From: Patescibacteria group bacterium
GTDB taxonomy: Bacteria > Patescibacteriota > Patescibacteriia > JACRDY01
Assembly (NCBI GenBank): GCA_041653535.1
Contig: JBAZFH010000001.1
Location: forward strand, 86,175-150,174
Direction: 5' to 3'
Length of the DNA stretch: 64,000 nt
The notes below the pieces were generated by a model. That model searched no databases. It saw nothing but the letters and a program-made list of their open reading frames with translations, and was not told where the DNA came from. Both the position numbers and the translations under genes were made by a program. Below, one piece after another: positions 20,734-29,220 of this stretch; positions within the stretch are counted from its first letter, which is position 1, and each line of letters begins with the position of its first letter.

Positions 20734-21081
20734 CTATTTTTTTATTTCATTTACTATCGCGGCAAAAACTTTTGGATGTTCGGCGGCTAATTGGGCTAAT
20801 ATTTTACGATCAATGATAATTTTATTTTTGTTCAACGCGCCGATAAATTTACTGTAAGACAGGTTAAATTCTTTTAACCCGGCGCTGATCCGTTGATTCC
20901 ATAAAGCTCGCATGTCGCGTTTTTTTGTTTTTCGTCCGACGTAGGAATGAGCGCCGGCTTTAACCGAGGCAGTTCTGCCAAGGCGCATTGATGATTTACG
21001 TCCGGCGATAAAACCTTTAGTTCTTTTGCGTAATGTGCGACGTTTTTTGAGGTGCAGTATCGCTCTTTTTACTCTAGGCAT
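20734..21081 (-). CDS. rplT: 50S ribosomal protein L20
   Basis: MPRVKR, KKRDMRALWNQRISA, SYSKFI, IDRKILAQLA. Confidence 0.97.
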   Translation of the reverse strand: MPRVKRAILHLKKRRTLRKRTKGFIAGRKSSMRLGRTASVKAGAHSYVGRKTKKRDMRALWNQRISAGLKEFNLSYSKFIGALNKNKIIIDRKILAQLAAEHPKVFAAIVNEIKK

Positions 21082-21106
21082 ATCAAAAAGTTTAAAATAA
21101 ATTAAA

Positions 21107-21304
21107 TTAAGAATAGGGCATTAGACGACGTAAGTTTCGTTGTTCGGTTTTAGCGGTGGTGATATCGCGTCGTTTGTTGCGGCGGGTTTTACCGGTTTCA
21201 CGGGAATTAAAGTGGTCTTGACCGCCTTTGCGTTGGAGTAACTTTTTGTTTTTTGTCACTTTAATTCTTTTGGCTATGCTTTTGTGGGTTTTTAGTTTCG
21301 GCAT
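21107..21304 (-). CDS. rpmI: 50S ribosomal protein L35
   Basis: MPKLKTHKSIAKRIKVT; between infC and rplT. Confidence 0.96.
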   Translation of the reverse strand: MPKLKTHKSIAKRIKVTKNKKLLQRKGGQDHFNSRETGKTRRNKRRDITTAKTEQRNLRRLMPYS

Positions 21305-21305
21305 A

Positions 21306-21848
21306 TTATTTTTTTACTACAATGACATTTATTTTGTCGCCTTGCTGAGTAATGGGTTGTTCAATGTTAATATCTTCTCCCAGCCCTTTGACAAAGTTAT
21401 TTAAATTTTCTCTGGCTTGATTGCGATATTGTTTCTCCCTGCCTTTAAGCGTTATTTCTATTTTTACCTTATCGTTGTTGTCTAAAAATTTTTTGGCTTG
21501 CATGACGCGGATTTCGGTATCATGTTCGCTGATTCGTAGAGAGAGACGAATACCTTTGACTTCGACTGATTTTTGTTTAGCTTTTTGCGCTTTGGCTTCT
21601 TTTTCTTTTTGGTATTTAAAAGATTTAAAATCCATTATACGACAGACAGGGGGGTCGGCTTTTGGGGAGACTTCCACTAAATCTAGCTCTGCTTCTTGCG
21701 CAAGGCGTAAAGCTTCTTGTGTACTAACAACTCCAACCATTGCGCTATTTTCATCAATCAGCCTGACTTGGGGTACGCGGATTCTTTCATTAACTAAAAA
21801 AACTGGGACTAATAATTTTTCCGGTCTTTTTTTGTAACTTTTTCGCAT
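21306..21848 (-). CDS. infC: Translation initiation factor IF-3
   Basis: NERIRVPQVRLID, LDLVEVSPKADPPVCRIMD, KVKIEITLKGRE. Confidence 0.97.
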   Translation of the reverse strand: MRKSYKKRPEKLLVPVFLVNERIRVPQVRLIDENSAMVGVVSTQEALRLAQEAELDLVEVSPKADPPVCRIMDFKSFKYQKEKEAKAQKAKQKSVEVKGIRLSLRISEHDTEIRVMQAKKFLDNNDKVKIEITLKGREKQYRNQARENLNNFVKGLGEDINIEQPITQQGDKINVIVVKK

Positions 21849-21852
21849 TGTT

Positions 21853-21896
21853 TTGAAATTTAGAAACTAGAAGTTAAGAAATTGGAAATTAGAATA
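21853..21896. repeat. Degenerate heptamer array (TAGAAAY-like)
   Basis: TAGAAAC TAGAAGT T AAGAAAT TGGAAAT TAGAATA. Confidence 0.55.
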
Positions 21897-22005
21897 TCTT
21901 TGACCGCGCCATTCGTAGCGCAGCTCCAATTAACATTACAAATTTTTGATAATTATCGCCCTTCTTCGCCAAGGCTTCGAAGGGCATTCTTCGCTGTGCG
22001 AATAA

Positions 22006-22063
22006 TGGTGGAGATGGCGGGAGTTGTGTCCCTACGGGACATCCCCCGAAGGGGGAAACCCGC
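22006..22063 (-). repeat. Duplicated tmRNA 3' end interrupted by a 30-nt double-hairpin insertion
   Basis: TGGTGGAGATGGCGGGAGTTG + [TGTCCCTACGGGACATCCCCCGAAGGGGGA] + AACCCGC, versus uninterrupted copy at 22101-22128. Confidence 0.9.
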
Positions 22064-22100
22064 ATATCCGAAACCGTTTTTTTGGATCAACGTTTATCTA

Positions 22101-22498
22101 TGGTGGAGATGGCGGGAGTTGAACCCGCGTCCAGAAAGACAAAGCCATTTAATCTACAAGTTTAGTTTGTTTAATTTTTTTTCGGCGAACAAGGTAATAA
22201 ACAAACAAAATCCTTTTTCGCTATAGCCTTTAGTCTCGTAGCTTTCCTAGGCAAAAAAACTACCAGCCCGAAATATAACACCGGTGGAGCCCCTATCGGG
22301 TGTCAGGGAACCGATGGACTGGTGCTTTAAGCAGCAGTCAAAGCAAAAGCCGGAACGGCAAAAGCTTGCGCTAATGCGTTTTTGGCCTTGTTAAATAAGT
22401 TTGCACTTATAATTTTCTAGAATGGTTTAATGAGACAATCTAGAATGCTCAACCTGCTAAATAACGTTGTAACCTTCCTGTCGAAGCCCAGCATCCCC
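22101..22498 (-). ncRNA. ssrA: tmRNA
   Basis: 5' GGGGATG pairs with 3' CATCTCC-A-CCA (G3.U70), T-arm GGTTCAACTCC, tag ORF 22404-22327 ANLFNKAKNALAQAFAVPAFALTAA*, adjacent to smpB. Confidence 0.95.
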
Positions 22499-22549
22499 CC
22501 ACACCAACAGCAGCTTTTGCCGGAGTTAGGGTTGGTGTAGGGGCAAGCT

Positions 22550-23011
22550 TTATTTATATTTCAATTGCCTGCGGACGTCGCGGTCGATATCACGTTTTTT
22601 GATGGTTTCTTTTTTGTCAAACTTCTTTTTACCTTTAACTAAAGCAATTTCCACTTTAATTTTAGTGCCCCTAGTATACACTTTAAGGGGGATTAATGTC
22701 AAGCCTTTTTGGGCAATTTGACCATAAATTGAGCTAATTTCCTTTTGGTGGAGTATCAGACTTCTGGTTCGGTCGGGTTTATAAGTCGGCAAGGGTCCGG
22801 CTTTTGTGTATTTGGAGATATGACAATTAAGCAAAGACACCTGAGGTTTAGTGGTTTTGGGGTCAATGGTTATAGTAACAAAAGATCCTCGCAACTTGAT
22901 TTGTTTAGCGCGAACGCTTTTGACCTCATGACCAAATAAAACGATACCTGCTTCCCAGGTTTTTAGCACTTCGTAATCAAATCTTCCTTTGTTATTTTCT
23001 GCTAATATCAT
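22550..23011 (-). CDS. smpB: SsrA-binding protein
   Basis: NNKGRFDYEV, EAGIVLFGHEVKSVR, GLTLIPL, KGKKKFDKKE. Confidence 0.97.
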   Translation of the reverse strand: MILAENNKGRFDYEVLKTWEAGIVLFGHEVKSVRAKQIKLRGSFVTITIDPKTTKPQVSLLNCHISKYTKAGPLPTYKPDRTRSLILHQKEISSIYGQIAQKGLTLIPLKVYTRGTKIKVEIALVKGKKKFDKKETIKKRDIDRDVRRQLKYK

Positions 23012-23125
23012 ACAAAAAGATTATATCAGTTAGGTGTTATAGTACAAGGATAAAGATAAAAGCGGGGATATTCTCCCCGCTGGTTTCGTGAATCGCGATC
23101 ACGGCAAATAAGATCGTTTGTCTTT

Positions 23126-23497
23126 TTACCAATCGTTTGCCAGACAGTAAATAAACGCCTGGCAATTATTTCGCGTTGTATCAGCGCAAGCGTATATACG
23201 AGACAATGGACTAAAGACCGGACTCTCTTGCTCACAAAGTGCAATTATTTCGTCAACACTTTGTCTGGTAAAGTCTCCGATCGGACAATTGTCGTACAGA
23301 TTGGTATAAAGAGGCTGGCAATAATCAATGTTCGCGGCAAAATTGATATAACCGTTAATCATTTTTTCCGGATTGGCTTTTTCCGCCGCACTTTTTTTAC
23401 TCCGATTGGTTTGAGAATTGAAGGCGAGTAGAAAATGAATTGCAATAAGAACAAAAACAAGAGTCAATATGGTGTTAAAATTAAATTCGACTTTCAT
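23126..23497 (-). CDS. Hypothetical Cys-containing exported protein (orphan)
   Basis: N-terminal TM, six Cys, SD AAGGAAGG, promoter TTGACA(23567-23562)-N17-TACATT, hairpin AGCGGGGA..TCCCCGCT near 23061-23081. Confidence 0.7.
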   Translation of the reverse strand: MKVEFNFNTILTLVFVLIAIHFLLAFNSQTNRSKKSAAEKANPEKMINGYINFAANIDYCQPLYTNLYDNCPIGDFTRQSVDEIIALCEQESPVFSPLSRIYACADTTRNNCQAFIYCLANDW

Positions 23498-23612
23498 TTT
23501 TGCCCTTCCTTTGCCGTTTGTTTAAGTACAATTATCTAAATGTAATAAAACCATAATTTTTTGTCAACCACTTTGTCTTTTACCCTATAATAGGTTATAA
23601 TGTAATCAGTTT

Positions 23613-24665
23613 ATGTCAAAACCAGTAAAGGTTACAATATCTACAATTTCCCTTTTGAAAGTAGTGGCAGTCGCTCTGGCGTTTTGGTTTTTGTATGACA
23701 TCAGGGCGGTTATCGCTATTTTGTTTGTGGCAATTATTTTAACTTCAGCCCTAGAGCCGACGGTCAGTTGGTTCGCTAAAAAAAAGATTCCCAGAATTTT
23801 TGGGGTTTTGGTTATTTATATTATTTTAGCGTCTTTTGTCAGCTCGTTGGTCATTTTGATTTTGCCTCCAGCCATTCATCAGATTCAGAATCTAGCGGCT
23901 GACTTTCCGGCTCATTGGTCTAAAATTTCTTCAAGTTTTTCTTTTTTGCAGGATTATTCAGATCGTTACAATGTTTCCGACGGGGTTCAGACGACATTGG
24001 ATCAATTAGAAAATTTTTTGACTCAACGCAGTAGCGGTCTTTTTGACACTTTGACTGGTATTTTCGGAGGAATATTCTCTTTTATTATTATTTTGGTATT
24101 AACCTTTTATTTGTTACTTGAAGAAAGCGCGGCTAAAAGAACTCTGCGTTTGGTTACTCCAGCTAAATATCAACCATATTTAACTCGCCTGCTTTTTCGG
24201 ATGCAAAATAAAATTGGTTTGTGGCTGCGAGGTCAGATAATTTTGTCTTTTATCGTCGGCATTATCGTTTTTATCGGTCTGAGTATATTTGGTATTTTTT
24301 ATCCGGTTTTTGGCAAGTATGCTTTGGTCTTGGCAATGCTGGCGTTTTTACTGGAATTTATACCTTATCTAGGACCAATACTTGCCGCCATTCCGGCTAT
24401 TTTTATTGGTCTAGCCCAATCACTGCCGTTGGCCGGATTTATTTTAGCTTTTTATTGTTTAATGCAATGGTCGGAAAACAATATTTTAGTTCCGCAGGTG
24501 ATGAAAAGAGCAGTCGGTCTTAATCCTATTATTGTTATTACAGCTTTAATGATTGGTGCTAAAATCGGCGGAATTATTGGTATGGTACTTGCCATTCCGG
24601 TAGCCACGGCAATAGCGGTATTAATGGAAGATATTTCCGGGCAATTTGACGAACAGGATGAATAG
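23613..24665 (+). CDS. AI-2E family (PerM-like) transporter
   Basis: WLRGQIIL, EFIPYLGP, ENNILVPQVM, GLNPIIV, GMVLAIP. Confidence 0.92.
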   Translation: MSKPVKVTISTISLLKVVAVALAFWFLYDIRAVIAILFVAIILTSALEPTVSWFAKKKIPRIFGVLVIYIILASFVSSLVILILPPAIHQIQNLAADFPAHWSKISSSFSFLQDYSDRYNVSDGVQTTLDQLENFLTQRSSGLFDTLTGIFGGIFSFIIILVLTFYLLLEESAAKRTLRLVTPAKYQPYLTRLLFRMQNKIGLWLRGQIILSFIVGIIVFIGLSIFGIFYPVFGKYALVLAMLAFLLEFIPYLGPILAAIPAIFIGLAQSLPLAGFILAFYCLMQWSENNILVPQVMKRAVGLNPIIVITALMIGAKIGGIIGMVLAIPVATAIAVLMEDISGQFDEQDE

Positions 24666-24694
24666 CGGTAATCAATAAACTAAAACGATAAAAT

Positions 24695-25159
24695 ATGAAA
24701 AAAGAAAAAATTGTTTTCGTGTCGATCGTGGTTTTGGTTACTGTTATTATTACCGGTATTGTTGTATACAAGGTAAATAATAGCGATCGTTTTACTACAG
24801 CCGACAAAACTGGAGACAAAAGAGAAATGATTAATCCGGCGGTACAAAAAAAGATTCAAGGAGATTACGAGGTTGAGTTGCGCGCTATTTATAAAAAGTA
24901 TCAAGACAAATGGCAAGAGAGGGCTTTTGATGACAAAATTTTAACCGAACAAAAAAATGATTGGATCGAGTTTTTGGGAGAGGCTAAAAATCAAATCTTG
25001 GCGCTAACTGTACCTGGTCAATATCGCGAGCTACATTTAAATTTTGTTTTAGATATTGACGGATTACTGAACGGTTTTGAGCGTGGCGATGCAACGGCTA
25101 TAGTCGATTATAATAAAAAAATTAGCCAGCTAGCCGATACTTATAATTGGTTGAAATAA
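24695..25159 (+). CDS. Hypothetical membrane-anchored protein
   Basis: Single N-terminal TM, helical ectodomain. Confidence 0.7.
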   Translation: MKKEKIVFVSIVVLVTVIITGIVVYKVNNSDRFTTADKTGDKREMINPAVQKKIQGDYEVELRAIYKKYQDKWQERAFDDKILTEQKNDWIEFLGEAKNQILALTVPGQYRELHLNFVLDIDGLLNGFERGDATAIVDYNKKISQLADTYNWLK

Positions 25160-25174
25160 AAACATAAAAAATTT

Positions 25175-25918
25175 ATGACCAGGGTGGAAAATAATTTTGG
25201 GAGCCAATCCGTTGATAGTAAAGAACTGCAGAAAATGATAAGAGAAGAGGCGGGTAGTTTGCGTCCAAAAGTGATTAAAAAGCGACCATTTTTTGGTTGC
25301 TGTAATTGTTTTGGTTTGGTTGTGGTTATTGTTTTAGTTGTTGCCGGCTACGGGGCGGCGGCTACCGCCAAAACGGGATTAATTAAAATTCCTGTTTTTT
25401 CTGATATTTTTTATAAGCAGCCGCAACCAGTCAGGGCAATCGAAATAGTCTCTGGTTTAACCTCTGTACCGGTAAACAGTTTGGTGTCTGGACAGGCGAA
25501 CAAAGATTTGATTTTTAAAGAAAATGATTTGTCCGCAATTTTAAATAATAGCTTGCAAGAGTTAAACAAGCAACAAAATAATTTGTTTTTTGATTCCGCG
25601 CAAGTGGCGATAGAAGAAGATAGAATTGAGGTTTTCGTAAAAATTCAAAAACCAAAAGAAATATATTTAACAATTGATTTTTTGCCTCAAGTAGAAGCAG
25701 GCAAACCCAAATTAAAAATTAAAGACTTAAAAATTGGTGTTTTGAAGATACCAACCAGTATTAGCAGTGTTTTTTTTGACCAGAAAATCAATGAAGAAGT
25801 GGAAAAAATATTTGGCAATTTACCGATAGTAATCAAAGAGGTTGTTTTGGAACGAGGTAAAATGATTATGAGGTTTGATATTGACCAGTCTAAATTAAAA
25901 AACGATGTTATCAAATAA
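25175..25918 (+). CDS. Hypothetical membrane-anchored protein
   Basis: GCCNC followed by TM helix; operonic. Confidence 0.7.
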   Translation: MTRVENNFGSQSVDSKELQKMIREEAGSLRPKVIKKRPFFGCCNCFGLVVVIVLVVAGYGAAATAKTGLIKIPVFSDIFYKQPQPVRAIEIVSGLTSVPVNSLVSGQANKDLIFKENDLSAILNNSLQELNKQQNNLFFDSAQVAIEEDRIEVFVKIQKPKEIYLTIDFLPQVEAGKPKLKIKDLKIGVLKIPTSISSVFFDQKINEEVEKIFGNLPIVIKEVVLERGKMIMRFDIDQSKLKNDVIK

Positions 25919-26708
25919 TTTGTTGTTAAAAAAAATGTCAGTTTTTCTGGCGCCATTGATCCTGATAATGGTTTGGGAAGTCTGGCTTTTGTATAGCCGT
26001 GCTGCCGTTGAAATAGGGATTTTGACTTGTTTGATAGTATTTTTTTCTGTTTGGTATTTGACTAATAGGTTCGTAGCAGTGAGTGAGCTGCAAAAATCTT
26101 TGCATTACAAAGAATTTTGGCGTTTTTTAATCACTCCCGGAGTTTTTATTTTGGCGGTGTATTTTTTTATAATGATTTTAGAAAGTGGTTTTTGGCAGCA
26201 GTTTATGGTATTTTTTGCTAATATTATCTTTCTTTTGATTTTGCAAAATCTTTTTGATCGTTTTTATCTTCCCGCTGGTTATCCGGCGCGATCATTTGAA
26301 AGTATTTCGGGGAATGTGAATATTATCAGCTTGTTTCTTTTTCTCACCGTTGCTTATAGTTTTATTGCTTTTTTAAACTTTTCGGTTTGGCTTTCGGCAA
26401 CATTTTTTTTATTTTTGGCAATCATGTTGATTTATCAGACAATGTGGATTTCTGGCATTACCGTGAAACAGAGTTGGCTATATTTGATCGTTATTGGTTT
26501 GTTGTTACTGGAAACATTTTGGTCTTTAGTTTTTTTACCAAACACTTATTACGTTAAAGCTTTGGTTATTTCCTTGGTTTATTATGCTTTGATTAATTTG
26601 GCGCGCAATCAGTTGATCGGATTATTAAACCGTAAAATGGTATTGCGGTATTTGTTAATCAGTGTTATTGTGCTGGGGCTTATTTGGGGTACCGCCCAAT
26701 GGTTATAA
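25905..26708 (+). CDS. Hypothetical polytopic membrane protein
   Basis: About 8-9 hydrophobic segments; start 25905 or 25935. Confidence 0.75.
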   Translation: MLSNNLLLKKMSVFLAPLILIMVWEVWLLYSRAAVEIGILTCLIVFFSVWYLTNRFVAVSELQKSLHYKEFWRFLITPGVFILAVYFFIMILESGFWQQFMVFFANIIFLLILQNLFDRFYLPAGYPARSFESISGNVNIISLFLFLTVAYSFIAFLNFSVWLSATFFLFLAIMLIYQTMWISGITVKQSWLYLIVIGLLLLETFWSLVFLPNTYYVKALVISLVYYALINLARNQLIGLLNRKMVLRYLLISVIVLGLIWGTAQWL

Positions 26709-26734
26709 TAATCAAATATTTTCAATAAATATAT

Positions 26735-27982
26735 ATGTGGAAAAAAATAATTCCTAATGACAAGAGTTTAAAGAGAACAATAGTTTTGAGTCTGGTCATA
26801 GCTTTGGTTTTTGGTTTGGCGGCGGGTATTGTTGGACAGATTTTTGCTCAAAAATTTATTTTTAATTATCTGGGGGAGAGCGATGAGTTGGTAAAACTAA
26901 ACAACAATTTTTACGATCTGCTTGCTAAATATAATTTTTTAAATCAGGAAAATAGCGATCAATCTTTAGAGATAGTTATTCGTCAATCGCAAAATAATCA
27001 GGAAGCAAATAGTGTCGCTCGGCAAGTAACAGTAGGTGGCTGGCTTGATGGCTTAAAACAAAGCACGGTCAATTTTTTTCAGTATCGGGAAGTATCTAGC
27101 AAAGACGTTTTACTCAGCGCTTATCGCAGTGAGGATAGCCTGGGTCGTGGAGTGATACTGACTAATGATGGTTGGATAATCACGACTAAACAAGTTTTAA
27201 GCAAAACTAAAGGTCAATATGTGGCGATCGGCGAAAAGGGAGATGTTTATGAGATAGAAAAAATAATTACCGATCCAATGACTCCCGTAGCCTTTGCAAA
27301 GGTGTCGGCAAGCAATTTGGTTGTTCTGGGTTTTGATAAAAAAATAAACGTTTCACCCGGGCAAACAGTTTTAGCTTTAGATAAAAATAAAGGTATCAAA
27401 ACTTCTTTACTGGAAAATATCAATTATCGAGCAAATAAAACTAATAAAGATTTAATAGAGAGCGCAGAAATTTTAGATAGCTATTATTTGCCTGAATCAG
27501 ATTTTGAAAAAGTCGCTTTAGGTGAAGCTGTTACTGATCAAAACGGTAAATTGATTGGTTTAGTTTATGCTTTGGACGGAGAGAATGTCGTTTTGCCGCT
27601 TTTAAATTTTAGTAATAAAATTGATGAAGCACTGAAAAATGGAAAAATATCACGCGTGAAAATAGGAATTAGTTATCTTGATTTAGGTCAGATGATGATC
27701 AATCCCGAAGTAGAAAAAAAATACCAAGGATTGCGTCGCGGAGTATTGGTTTATAAAAACATTTCCTTGGGAGCTATCGGAGTAGAAAAAGGCAGTCCGG
27801 CGCAAAAAGCTGGCCTGCAAATAGGTGATGTGATTTTGAAAGTTGAAGGAGAAGAAATAAATAGTGAAAATATATTTAGCCGCATGATTCAAGAGTATGG
27901 GGTTGGTACGGTTGTCGAGTTAACTGTTTGGCGAGAAGGGAGAGAAGAGAGGATAAATGTTACGCTTGAAGAATTTGTTTAA
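26735..27982 (+). CDS. HtrA/DegP-like trypsin-fold + PDZ protein, catalytic triad apparently lost
   Basis: GRGVILTNDGWIITTKQV, GEAVTDQNGKLIGL, PDZ GSPAQKAGLQIGDVILKVEG. Confidence 0.82.
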   Translation: MWKKIIPNDKSLKRTIVLSLVIALVFGLAAGIVGQIFAQKFIFNYLGESDELVKLNNNFYDLLAKYNFLNQENSDQSLEIVIRQSQNNQEANSVARQVTVGGWLDGLKQSTVNFFQYREVSSKDVLLSAYRSEDSLGRGVILTNDGWIITTKQVLSKTKGQYVAIGEKGDVYEIEKIITDPMTPVAFAKVSASNLVVLGFDKKINVSPGQTVLALDKNKGIKTSLLENINYRANKTNKDLIESAEILDSYYLPESDFEKVALGEAVTDQNGKLIGLVYALDGENVVLPLLNFSNKIDEALKNGKISRVKIGISYLDLGQMMINPEVEKKYQGLRRGVLVYKNISLGAIGVEKGSPAQKAGLQIGDVILKVEGEEINSENIFSRMIQEYGVGTVVELTVWREGREERINVTLEEFV

Positions 27983-28005
27983 CATTTTGGCTTTATTTTT
28001 ATCTA

Positions 28006-28036
28006 AAAAGCAGTTCGAATATCGAGCTGTTTTTTT
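28006..28036 (+). terminator. Intrinsic terminator
   Basis: AAAAGCAGTTCG-AATAT-CGAGCTGTTTTTTT. Confidence 0.75.
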
Positions 28037-28203
28037 ATTGGTAAGATTAGCTTTATCTATTGACATAATGAATAAAATATGATAAGGTTGGATATTACAA
28101 TATTAAAAAGGAGAAATTGAGTGTTTTTAGCTATTTTTTTGTTTAATTTTAGAGATTTAAACACACAATATAAACAAGTCATTTTTTTGATGATTAATTT
28201 TTT

Positions 28204-29070
28204 ATGAACAATTTAACATATTTAAATATACTTAAAAATAAAGCCGGATTTATTCTCTCGGTAGTTTTGTTAATGGTGGTTATCGGTTTGACCGCGACTG
28301 TTTTTCAGCCTTTTAAATATCGCTCTACGGTTCAGGTATTAGTGATTGAGCAAGGTGAGGGGTCGGACGCTTATTCTGCTATTCGTTCAGCGGAAAAGAT
28401 GAGTAATAATCTTGCCTATCTGGTTTATTCCACTTCTTTTATGGATAAGGTTTTGCAGGGTGGTGTCGCAACAAAAGGGTTCTCCAATGATTTGTTTGCA
28501 CGTAAACAAGAATGGAAAAAAACCATCGTTACCAGGGTTGTTCCTGATACCGGTATTTTGAGCATTGATGTTTATCATACTGACAAAAACCAAACTGCTG
28601 CTTTAGCCGGTAGTATTGCCGCAGCTTTGTCTGGCGGAAGCGTTGAGTATACCGGTAATAGTAATATCGTGGTCAAAACCGTTGACCAACCGATTACTTC
28701 CAAATATCCGGTAAAACCGAATATTGCCTTAAATATTTTTACTTCGATTGCTTTAGGCTTGGTTTTATCCGTTGGTTATGTTTTATTCAGTTATAATCCG
28801 GAAAAAGAAGCACAGGCAGAAAAAATGATTTCTTTTGTTTCCAGTCCTTTAGAATATCCAGAGGTTAAAGAGAAAAACGAAACTGCCAGAAATTCGGAGG
28901 AAGAGACGGAGGCTCAATACATAAGTTTTAATGATGATTTTTCTTCTGCTCAGATTCCGGTATTAATCCCGGTGGAGACCGATAACCAGCCGATCGCAGT
29001 GACAGATGATGTATTGCGTGAAAAAGAGGAGTCGGACGCTTTTTATAAAATGTTATTTCCCGAAAAATAA
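28204..29070 (+). CDS. Wzz/YveK-like polysaccharide chain-length determinant
   Basis: N-terminal TM then PFKYRST, C-terminal PVKPNIALN + TM; TTGACA at 28060-28065 upstream. Confidence 0.8.
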   Translation: MNNLTYLNILKNKAGFILSVVLLMVVIGLTATVFQPFKYRSTVQVLVIEQGEGSDAYSAIRSAEKMSNNLAYLVYSTSFMDKVLQGGVATKGFSNDLFARKQEWKKTIVTRVVPDTGILSIDVYHTDKNQTAALAGSIAAALSGGSVEYTGNSNIVVKTVDQPITSKYPVKPNIALNIFTSIALGLVLSVGYVLFSYNPEKEAQAEKMISFVSSPLEYPEVKEKNETARNSEEETEAQYISFNDDFSSAQIPVLIPVETDNQPIAVTDDVLREKEESDAFYKMLFPEK

Positions 29071-29220
29071 TTAATCATTGATAGCCGGTCCCGTCTGGAC
29101 GACGGGATCGTAATCAGTGCTTAAAGCGCTGGAAACGGTAAGAACTTTGAAAAAATAAATAAAATTTTATCGACCTACAACCACACCGGGGTGATCGCCC
29201 TGGAGAGAAGGGAGCTACGC

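Noticed and set aside
21882-22226. 114-aa plus-strand ORF
   Set aside because: Runs antisense through the tmRNA 3' end and its duplicate; WWRWRELNPRP is the typical reverse tRNA-end translation
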